From: Candidatus Dojkabacteria bacterium
GTDB taxonomy: Bacteria; Patescibacteriota; Dojkabacteria; B142; JAFGFJ01
DNA length: 64,000 nucleotides
NCBI GenBank assembly: GCA_016931155.1
Contig: JAFGFJ010000006.1
Location: 314,896-378,895, forward strand
Direction of reading: 5' to 3'
This document shows, one piece after another, positions 56,606-64,000 of the stretch. Both the position numbers and the translations under genes were made by a program. Under the pieces are notes generated by a model, which was not told where the DNA came from, searched no databases, and worked only from the letters and a program-made list of their open reading frames with translations. Every line of letters starts with the position of its first letter. The first letter of the stretch is position 1.

Positions 56606-58334
56606 ATTAGTCATAAAAATATGCGGTAGCTCGGGACAGGGAATAAACTCTGTTGGGGAACTTACTGCAAAGGCTATCAAGAAGCTTGGTTACAAGCTCT
56701 TTGGCTACAGAGAGTACCCATCACTGATTAGAGGTGGGTTTGCAAGTTATCAGATAGATTTTTCGGATAATACTTTGAGATCATCTTCAAAAAAAAGCGA
56801 CGTGCTCATAAGTCTTGGACGTATTGCTACACATAAGTATTTGAAAGATTTAAATTCTTCAGGAATACTTATTCATTCTCTCAAAGGGATGAAATTCGAG
56901 CAGGATGAGGAGAAATTTATAAAAGAAAACAGAATAAAAGTAATTTTTCTTGATGCTTTTGATATGGCAGATAAGCTTGGAGGAAAAACAATAATTGCAA
57001 ACATCATTCTTTTCGGTTTAATGTGGAAAGTATTTGCGTTTCCAATTGAAGTTGTTGACGAAACTGTCAGGGAGGTTTTCGCTGGTAATCCAAAGTACAT
57101 CGAGCTTGATCTAAAAGCATTTGAGGCGGGATACAATTTCGATCTTTCCGGTGTAGAACAAATAAAAGTGCCATTTAAAAAAAATGAGAAGTGGAAGAAT
57201 TCCATGATTATAACCGGGAATGCGGCGGTAGCACTAGGTTCTATTTCAGCAGGAGTAAGAGCATATTATAGCTACCCAATGACACCTTCTTCATCTATTC
57301 TTTCATACCATGCGGACTTTTATAAAGATACAGGGGTTTTGGTTAAGCAAGCTGAAGATGAAATCACGGCAATTCAGATGGCTATAGGTAGTATGTTTAT
57401 GGGAACGCGGGCTCTTGTCGCCACTTCAGGAGGTGGTTTTGATCTCATGACGGAAACGATTTCTTTGTCTGGAATGACTGAAACTCCACTTGTATGTGTT
57501 ATAGGGCAACGACCAGGTCCAGCAACTGGTCTTCCTACCTGGACAGCAGATGGTGATCTAAATCTTGCAATTTATGCAGGGCATGGAGAATTTCCAAGAT
57601 GTGTTATTGCGGCAAGTGATCTGGAATCAGTTTATACGCTTACTCAAAGAGCTTTTGATATCGCTGAAAAATATCAGATACCTGTTCTGATGCTAACAGA
57701 TAAACAAATTGCTGAGGCTCTTTTCAATATTGACTCTTTTCCAAAAGACTCTGAAGTAAAGAGGTATCTGGTTGAGGGTGATGAATTGAAAAGATTAATT
57801 TCTTCTGACAGGTATAAGTTTGTGAATAATGGAATATCGAGCAGGTGGCTACCTGGATCATCGGAAGCAACTTTTGTAGCAAATGGTGATGAGCATATGG
57901 AAGATGGAAGTGTAAACGAAGAAGCAGTAAATGCAAAACAAATGATGGAAAAGAGAATGAAAAAGCTGGAAACTCTATATCAAGAACTACCCAGTCCGAT
58001 GCTTTATGGAGAGGAAACTGCTGATATTGTTTTTGTAGGATGGGGAAGTGCTAAGGCTGCAATTTTGGATGCTATGGATCAGTTGAAAAAGGCGAAGTCA
58101 AGTCAAAGTATATCCTACCTCCATTTTGACTATATTTATCCATTAAAAACAGAGGAAATTATGGATTTGTCAGAAAAAGCAAGGAAGGTTGTGCTTGTAG
58201 AAAATAATTATTCTGGACAATTGGGCAATTTAATTGTACAAAAAACTGGTTATAGATTTAATGAGCTACTTCTGAAGTACGATGGAAGACCGTTTTTTGT
58301 GGAGGATATATTAAATTATTTAAAGAAGCTATGA
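56592..58334 (+). CDS. 2-oxoacid:ferredoxin oxidoreductase, fused gamma-alpha subunit (pyruvate/2-oxoglutarate synthase family)
   Basis: N-terminal gamma-like domain (IKICGSSGQGINSVGELTAKA), alpha domain GNAAVALGSISAGVRAYYSYPMTPSS. Confidence 0.85.
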   Translation: MTNNRLVIKICGSSGQGINSVGELTAKAIKKLGYKLFGYREYPSLIRGGFASYQIDFSDNTLRSSSKKSDVLISLGRIATHKYLKDLNSSGILIHSLKGMKFEQDEEKFIKENRIKVIFLDAFDMADKLGGKTIIANIILFGLMWKVFAFPIEVVDETVREVFAGNPKYIELDLKAFEAGYNFDLSGVEQIKVPFKKNEKWKNSMIITGNAAVALGSISAGVRAYYSYPMTPSSSILSYHADFYKDTGVLVKQAEDEITAIQMAIGSMFMGTRALVATSGGGFDLMTETISLSGMTETPLVCVIGQRPGPATGLPTWTADGDLNLAIYAGHGEFPRCVIAASDLESVYTLTQRAFDIAEKYQIPVLMLTDKQIAEALFNIDSFPKDSEVKRYLVEGDELKRLISSDRYKFVNNGISSRWLPGSSEATFVANGDEHMEDGSVNEEAVNAKQMMEKRMKKLETLYQELPSPMLYGEETADIVFVGWGSAKAAILDAMDQLKKAKSSQSISYLHFDYIYPLKTEEIMDLSEKARKVVLVENNYSGQLGNLIVQKTGYRFNELLLKYDGRPFFVEDILNYLKKL

Positions 58335-59212
58335 ATTGCAGTAAATGTATACAAATGTTTGATTATTATTCTGATAATATTTTTACCTGGTGCACCAACT
58401 GTGGTAACTACGGAATTTTTTCAGCAGTAAAGAGGGCACTTGTTGCGGAAGAAATCGATCCGAAGGATGCTCTTCTCTGTTTTGATATTGGTTGTAATGG
58501 AAATGGATCGGACAAAATAAGTGGGTACAGATTCCACGGACTTCATGGGAGAGTTCTACCGTTTGCTGCTGGTGCAAGTCTTGCAAATAGAAAAATTAAA
58601 GTCATTGCCTTCGGTGGAGATGGCGGTACTTTGAGTGAAGGTATTAATCATCTTGTACATTCTGTAAGATCAAATTATGATTTCACCTTTATTCTCCATA
58701 ACAACGAAAACTACGGATTAACAACTGGACAAGCGTCTCTGACAACGAGAAAGGGTAAACCAATGAATGCTGCTCCCGATGGGGTAGTAGTGGAACCAAT
58801 GAATGTTATGGAATTTATTTTAGGGCTAAAACCGTCCTTTGCAGCAAGAGCTTTCTCTGGAGATGTGAAGCATATGACCGAAATAATAAGAGCTGGAATT
58901 AAACACCGCGGGTTTTCTTTTATTGAGATTCTTCAAAATTGTACGACGTATAATGCAGAGACACCTCATGAATGGTATCAAGAGAGGGTTTATGATATTT
59001 CGAAATTAAAAGGATATAACAAAGCTGATTTGGAATCTGCGAAGGAAGTTTCGAAGGATCTGGAGGAAAATATTGCGACTGGTGTATTGTACGAAGATGA
59101 AGATAGTGTAGACTTTTATTCAAGGCTTGCTAACAGGAAAGGAACACAAACAGAGCTGGTTGATGAGGTGAAAAACTATGAAATAGGCAATTTTCTGTCG
59201 CGATTTAATTAG
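58331..59212 (+). CDS. 2-oxoacid:ferredoxin oxidoreductase beta subunit (TPP-binding)
   Basis: CTNCGNYGIF N-terminal Cys motif, GGDGG TPP-binding loop; 4-nt overlap with the alpha gene. Confidence 0.85.
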   Translation: MNCSKCIQMFDYYSDNIFTWCTNCGNYGIFSAVKRALVAEEIDPKDALLCFDIGCNGNGSDKISGYRFHGLHGRVLPFAAGASLANRKIKVIAFGGDGGTLSEGINHLVHSVRSNYDFTFILHNNENYGLTTGQASLTTRKGKPMNAAPDGVVVEPMNVMEFILGLKPSFAARAFSGDVKHMTEIIRAGIKHRGFSFIEILQNCTTYNAETPHEWYQERVYDISKLKGYNKADLESAKEVSKDLEENIATGVLYEDEDSVDFYSRLANRKGTQTELVDEVKNYEIGNFLSRFN

Positions 59213-59397
59213 GCAATTGTTTATTAAGCTAGTAGGAGACACGACCTTCTTCACACTGTTTTTCGACCATTGAGATTCTTTTGCATGGTCAGTTTATTGT
59301 TTAGGGAAGTACTTATCCAATTAAGCTTATCTATTCATTGAAGATTATCTGTTCATAAATATTTATCTACTCATGAAAGCTTGTTTACCACGAAAGC

Positions 59398-61515
59398 TTA
59401 TTTGCGCACAAAGATTTTAATATCGACTGCAACACATCTTTCCTTTGTTATCATTGCTGGATTGATATCGATAGATTCAATTTCGGGATAAAGAAGAACA
59501 AGCTTTTGAACGGACTCAATTGTATCTATTAGCTTTTCGTAAGCTAAAGCTTGAAGCCCTCGTGTTCCCTTTACTACAGTTGAGATTTTTGTTTTATCTA
59601 TCATTTCCATTATTTGATTTCTGGACATCGGAACAAGTCCGGTTGATGTATCCTTATATACTTCTGTGTAAATACCTCCCTTGCCGAACAATACAATATG
59701 TCCAAATCCTTTACCATTATTATAAACAAGAGAATCGCCATCTCTGTTTGTGCCAATTATCAATTCTTCATCTGCCCTGATCTGTTCTTGAACCAGTATT
59801 ATAGGTGATTTATTGTTTGTAGCATTATAAATGTTCTTCTTGAGTTGAATGTAAGCTGATTGAAGCTCGTTTTCATTTGAAATGTTTAAAAATAGTGCTT
59901 TAAAGTCCGTTTTATGGCTGATATCTTCGGTTGAGGCTTTCAGCACAAGAGGATATCGAGTCTTATTTGCAAAAAGAATAGCTTCGTCAATATTTTTAAC
60001 AACTGCTTCTTTAGGTAAATCAAAATTCACCTCAGATGCAAGTTTTCTTACTAGATTCTCCGGTAGTGGTGTGGATTTATCTGAAAGATACTTCAAGATC
60101 TCGTTACTATATTTTGACTCACCTTTAAAAATACTGTCGCTGCTCGCAACTTTTAGTCTTGAAGAAATCAGTGAATAATCAGTCAGTTTTTTGAGAGCAT
60201 ATATTGCATTCTCCGGTGAGTCGAAAGAAGCGATCTTATTATTATAAAGTCTTTCCAAGCCCGCCTCAATATATCGTCCACCAATAAAGACTGGAATAAC
60301 TGGTTTCTCTCCAGTTAGGGAGAAATTTATCAACAGTTTAGCAGTTTCCTCTATTTGAGTGACAATTTGTGGTGAGAGAAGACAGATAATTGAGTCAATA
60401 TTTTGATCTTTAATGGCAATATTCAAGGCAGTATTGTATCTATCTGCCTGTGCATCTCCGATTATGTCTATTGGATTGTTGACACTAGCTGCAGCTGGAA
60501 GTGATTTTTTTAGTAATTTCCTTGACTTTTCTGTCGGTTCTGCAAGTTTTAACCCTGCCTTTACAATCTCATCTGTCATAATTATCCCCGGACCGCCAGC
60601 GTTTGTAATGATTGCTACTTTATCACCTTTAGTTTTCTTTGAGTACGAGAGTATCATAAGTGTGTTGAACATCTTTTCTATTCCATCAACCTGTATTATG
60701 CCGTACTGCTGGAGAGCAGTTCTTGTAATGATTGATGATCCTGCAAGTGAGCCGGTGTGTGATGAAATGGCTTTTTGTGCTTCCTGTGTTTCTCCTGGGT
60801 GAAGTACTACAACAGGCTTAAGGGAATTTTTTCTAATAAGCTCAAGGAGATCTCTTCCGTTCTCAAACTCTTCAATGTACATTCCGATGACTTTTATTCT
60901 ATCGTCTTTTAGCCAGTGTTCTAAAAAATCCAGCTCATTCAGGTCGGATTTGTTTCCTAGTGAAACAAAGTGCGAAAACCCGAGATTTTTTTTCATTGCA
61001 AGGTCAAGAAGGGCAGTGTTGAATGCCCCTGATTGTGAAACAAATGCAATATTCCCTTCCTCGATGTCTTGTGCTGCAAAGGTAGCATCAAGCTTATTCC
61101 TGGTTACAGCTATGCCCAAACAATTTGGACCCAGTATTCTAAGCCCATTTTTGCTGGCATAAGCAACTATCTTTTCTTCCAGTTTTTTCCCCTCTTTTCC
61201 AGTTTCACTGAATCCTGCTGAAATAATAATTGCGTATTTAACTTTTTTTTCAGCACAATCTTTTATTACGTCGAAAACGAATTGGGAAGGAATTACGATC
61301 ACAGCTACTTCAACAGCATCTGAGATACAGCCTACTTTTGGATAGCATTTGTTTCCAAAAATTTCCTTGTAATTTGGATTTACTGGATATACCCTGCCCT
61401 CATATCCTTCAGAGATTATATTGTTGTATATAATTGTTCCCAGTTTTGTTGTGTTATCAGAGACACCGATCACTGCGATAGATTTTGGATTAAATAGGCT
61501 GTCCAGATTTGTCAT
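59398..61515 (-). CDS. Acetyl-CoA synthetase (ADP-forming), fused alpha/beta (CoA-binding + ATP-grasp)
   Basis: MTNLDSLFNPKSIAVIGVSDNTTKLGT CoA-binding Rossmann start; ~700 aa architecture typical of fused ACD. Confidence 0.85.
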   Translation of the reverse strand: MTNLDSLFNPKSIAVIGVSDNTTKLGTIIYNNIISEGYEGRVYPVNPNYKEIFGNKCYPKVGCISDAVEVAVIVIPSQFVFDVIKDCAEKKVKYAIIISAGFSETGKEGKKLEEKIVAYASKNGLRILGPNCLGIAVTRNKLDATFAAQDIEEGNIAFVSQSGAFNTALLDLAMKKNLGFSHFVSLGNKSDLNELDFLEHWLKDDRIKVIGMYIEEFENGRDLLELIRKNSLKPVVVLHPGETQEAQKAISSHTGSLAGSSIITRTALQQYGIIQVDGIEKMFNTLMILSYSKKTKGDKVAIITNAGGPGIIMTDEIVKAGLKLAEPTEKSRKLLKKSLPAAASVNNPIDIIGDAQADRYNTALNIAIKDQNIDSIICLLSPQIVTQIEETAKLLINFSLTGEKPVIPVFIGGRYIEAGLERLYNNKIASFDSPENAIYALKKLTDYSLISSRLKVASSDSIFKGESKYSNEILKYLSDKSTPLPENLVRKLASEVNFDLPKEAVVKNIDEAILFANKTRYPLVLKASTEDISHKTDFKALFLNISNENELQSAYIQLKKNIYNATNNKSPIILVQEQIRADEELIIGTNRDGDSLVYNNGKGFGHIVLFGKGGIYTEVYKDTSTGLVPMSRNQIMEMIDKTKISTVVKGTRGLQALAYEKLIDTIESVQKLVLLYPEIESIDINPAMITKERCVAVDIKIFVRK

Positions 61516-61760
61516 GTCAAAGTAATGGTTTATTAATGGAAACAGTTTAGCAGAATTCTATCAGTTTGAAACATTGTCTTGCTTTTCAGTTGTTGTCTTT
61601 AGAGGCTTGTAGTTGATATCTTATACTTTAGAAAAACCAGGCAGAAAAGAAAATTATGTATCCAAGCGAGCAATATCTTCATTTATAAATAATAAGTAAA
61701 AGTCGATTTATAAGGATACTACTTTGCTTCATGAGAATAATGGGGGTTAAGCTGGAACAT

Positions 61761-62942
61761 CTATTTTCCAATTTCAAAGTAATCCCTTTTCTCAAGTTTT
61801 TCAGGCATACATCTTTGATCAGATTTTTTTGAAGGAAGGTTGTGATCGTATTCGTAGCCTTTGCCATATCCCATGTCTTTCATAAGTTTTGTGGGTGCAT
61901 TTCTAATATGCATTGGGACAGGAAGATTCCCATATTTCAGAACGTCCTGTTTTGCTTTTTCAGCTGCTATATAAGAAATATTGTTCTTTGGAGATTTAGC
62001 CAGGTATTCTGCGAGTTGTACGAGTGCAGTATTGCATTCTGGAATACCAAGCTTTTGGCAGGTGTCGAATACAACGTTTGCAAGTAGTAGTGCATTTGGA
62101 TTTGCATTTCCTATGTCTTCGCTTGCAAATCTCAAGAGTCTTCTTGCAATGTATAGGGGATCTTCTCCTGCTTCGAGCATTCTAACTATCCAGTAGACTC
62201 CGGCTGTTGCATTACTGCTCCTCAAACTTTTATGTATTGCTGAGATTATATTGAAATGCTCATCTCCTTTTTTGTCGTAACGGAGAAATCTTTGAATAGA
62301 TTTTTCAATAACCTCTTTATTAATCTCTTTTTCTTTTGTAAGATTGGCAGAAATTTCAAGGCTGTTTAGGGCAAATCTCATATCTCCATTGCTCAGATCT
62401 GCGAGATAAGCCAATGTTGTTTTTTTCATTTTCCTCTTTAAAGTTTTTAGTCCTCTTTCCAGAGCAATAATAATGTTTTCAGGAGAGTGGCTATTGAATA
62501 CGAAAACTCTTGTTCTTGAGAGCAGAGGAGAGATGACTGTGAAGCTTGGGTTTTCAGTTGTTGCTCCTATCAGAATTATCTCTCCAGATTCAACAAAGGG
62601 AAGAAGTGCGTCCTGCTGTGCCTTGTTCCATCTATGAATTTCGTCGACGAAGAGAATAGTAAGTCTGCGGTAGTCTTTATTTGCCTTGGCAGTAGTAATG
62701 ACTTTTTTTAGGGTATCTTTCCCATCAATTACAGCTGAAATTCTAATGAAATCAGAGAAGACGGTTTTAGAAATAATTTCAGCAAGTGTGGTTTTTCCGC
62801 TTGCAGGTGGACCCCAGAAAATCATGCTTGGAATTTTTCCTGAGTCTATTAGTATACGTAAGGAACCGTCTTCTCCTGTGAGATGTTCCTGCCCAATAAA
62901 CTCTTCAAGTGTCTTTGGTCTGAGTTGTGATGCTAGTGGCAT
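61761..62942 (-). CDS. rarA: Replication-associated recombination protein A (AAA+ ATPase, MgsA/RarA)
   Basis: GPPASGKTTLAEII Walker A, ILFVDEIHRWNKAQQD Walker B/sensor, MgsA C-terminal helical region. Confidence 0.88.
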   Translation of the reverse strand: MPLASQLRPKTLEEFIGQEHLTGEDGSLRILIDSGKIPSMIFWGPPASGKTTLAEIISKTVFSDFIRISAVIDGKDTLKKVITTAKANKDYRRLTILFVDEIHRWNKAQQDALLPFVESGEIILIGATTENPSFTVISPLLSRTRVFVFNSHSPENIIIALERGLKTLKRKMKKTTLAYLADLSNGDMRFALNSLEISANLTKEKEINKEVIEKSIQRFLRYDKKGDEHFNIISAIHKSLRSSNATAGVYWIVRMLEAGEDPLYIARRLLRFASEDIGNANPNALLLANVVFDTCQKLGIPECNTALVQLAEYLAKSPKNNISYIAAEKAKQDVLKYGNLPVPMHIRNAPTKLMKDMGYGKGYEYDHNLPSKKSDQRCMPEKLEKRDYFEIGK

Positions 62943-63198
62943 ATTGGCTTCGGTATAGTTACGGGTTATCTGATTCTATTTATAAATAAGCCAAAAGTCA
63001 ACACAAGCGTGTGGGAAAACAATGATATTTGCAGGTGTAGTTTTGGAGACTTCTCGCAAATGTGCGTATTGTGTGATAAAAAATCCTTTCCAAATATTTT
63101 TTACTAGAAATATTAGTATTAGATACTATCAGACAAATCATATTCAAGCCCTATTGCCTATATATTAGTTATAGAGTATAATTTTTGGGCAAACATTT

Positions 63199-64000
63199 AT
63201 GATGCAAATGCCAGATATACAAGAAAATATAGAAAATGAACAAGCTGGATTATTTGATCCAAGTTTTGCATACGAGGATCTGAGACTGCTGGAATATTTT
63301 TCTACGCCTCAACAGGTACTTTCGGATGAGGAAGCAGATAAATATATTGACTTAATAAATACAGTTTTTCAACCCGACTTGGAAGTCAATCGTTCTCACG
63401 CCTTAGGATATAAAGTAATGCTTGGTATGGTGGGTGTCGGGGGTGATTTTGCAGCGGGTCTTGAAGAAATCTCTGCTGAGGAAGATAGACTGCAATATGT
63501 GATAATGATGTCTCGCAGGGATAAGTATGTAAATTATGTAAGTCCATTATACACAAAAGGATATAGTGCTTTAGCGACAAATGATCCTTCTCGAATAAAA
63601 GATTACTCAAAATGGAATTTTAACAACCAGCAGGAAGCGTATGAATATTTTAGTAAGTACATTGAATATGCTAACAGTAATGTTGATTTCATCAAATTTC
63701 TTGGATATATTCTTTATTTTTTGGAACGGAGGGAATCTATTGAGACAGGAATTGATGACAATTCAACTGAGGGGCTAATTCAAATTACATCTGAGAATGA
63801 CTATCTGCATAAAAGTGCGAGGATAGGAATATTTAATTTCTTTATATTTAATCAGATGTATCCACTTGATGATGACAAGAGAAAAACGGTTTTAGAGAGT
63901 CTTGGAATACCTGCGGAGAAGGTTCCAATATTAAACTTGATGGATGATGACCTTGTCAAGACCCTTTGGGAAGAAGATGCGAAAAGCATTGAGTGGGCAC
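63199..64000 (+). CDS. Hypothetical protein, 5' part (ORF runs off the window end; not in the ORF track)
   Basis: Own translation from ATG 63199: MMQMPDIQENIENEQAGLFDPSF... open to position 64000. Confidence 0.4.
   Translation, partial: MMQMPDIQENIENEQAGLFDPSFAYEDLRLLEYFSTPQQVLSDEEADKYIDLINTVFQPDLEVNRSHALGYKVMLGMVGVGGDFAAGLEEISAEEDRLQYVIMMSRRDKYVNYVSPLYTKGYSALATNDPSRIKDYSKWNFNNQQEAYEYFSKYIEYANSNVDFIKFLGYILYFLERRESIETGIDDNSTEGLIQITSENDYLHKSARIGIFNFFIFNQMYPLDDDKRKTVLESLGIPAEKVPILNLMDDDLVKTLWEEDAKSIEWA

Overview
Low-GC (~35%) bacterial fragment. Three lines of evidence point to the Candidate Phyla Radiation / Patescibacteria: L30 is missing between S5 and L15, the ribosomal proteins carry long Lys-rich tails, and metabolism is minimal and fermentative. 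Gene content in order: (1) nusA-ylxR with a convergent rlmN, then fusA, tuf and a near-complete S10-spc-alpha ribosomal superoperon, 7.1-23.8 kb: S10, L3, [inserted membrane-protein gene], L4, L23, L2, S19, L22, S3, L16, L29, S17, L14, L24, L5, S14(Z), S8, L6, L18, S5, L15, secY, map, infA, L36, S13, S11, S4, rpoA, L17, L13, S9. (2) A cell-envelope / secretion block, 24-34.2 kb: a PMT/ArnT-like (GT39) glycosyltransferase, a PEGA protein, a 1049-aa membrane protein with a degenerate NAD-epimerase-like domain, greA, and a VirB3(PrgI)-like / VirB4-like type-IV-secretion-like pair. (3) An unannotated RNase P RNA (rnpB) with its own -10 box, a zinc metallopeptidase, secA, and a sortase with a Cys-rich, SP-repeat DUF11 surface protein. 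(4) gltX, several secreted or pseudo-enzyme proteins, a nucleoside hydrolase, and a tRNA-Gly(UCC). (5) A fermentative ATP module (flavodoxin, 2-oxoacid:ferredoxin oxidoreductase, ADP-forming acetyl-CoA synthetase) and rarA. The most unusual locus is the minimal VirB3/VirB4-like system: the VirB3-like protein is fused to an extracellular beta-sandwich domain and the VirB4-like protein is apparently split across two reading frames. It sits next to the glycosyltransferase/PEGA/giant-protein envelope cluster.
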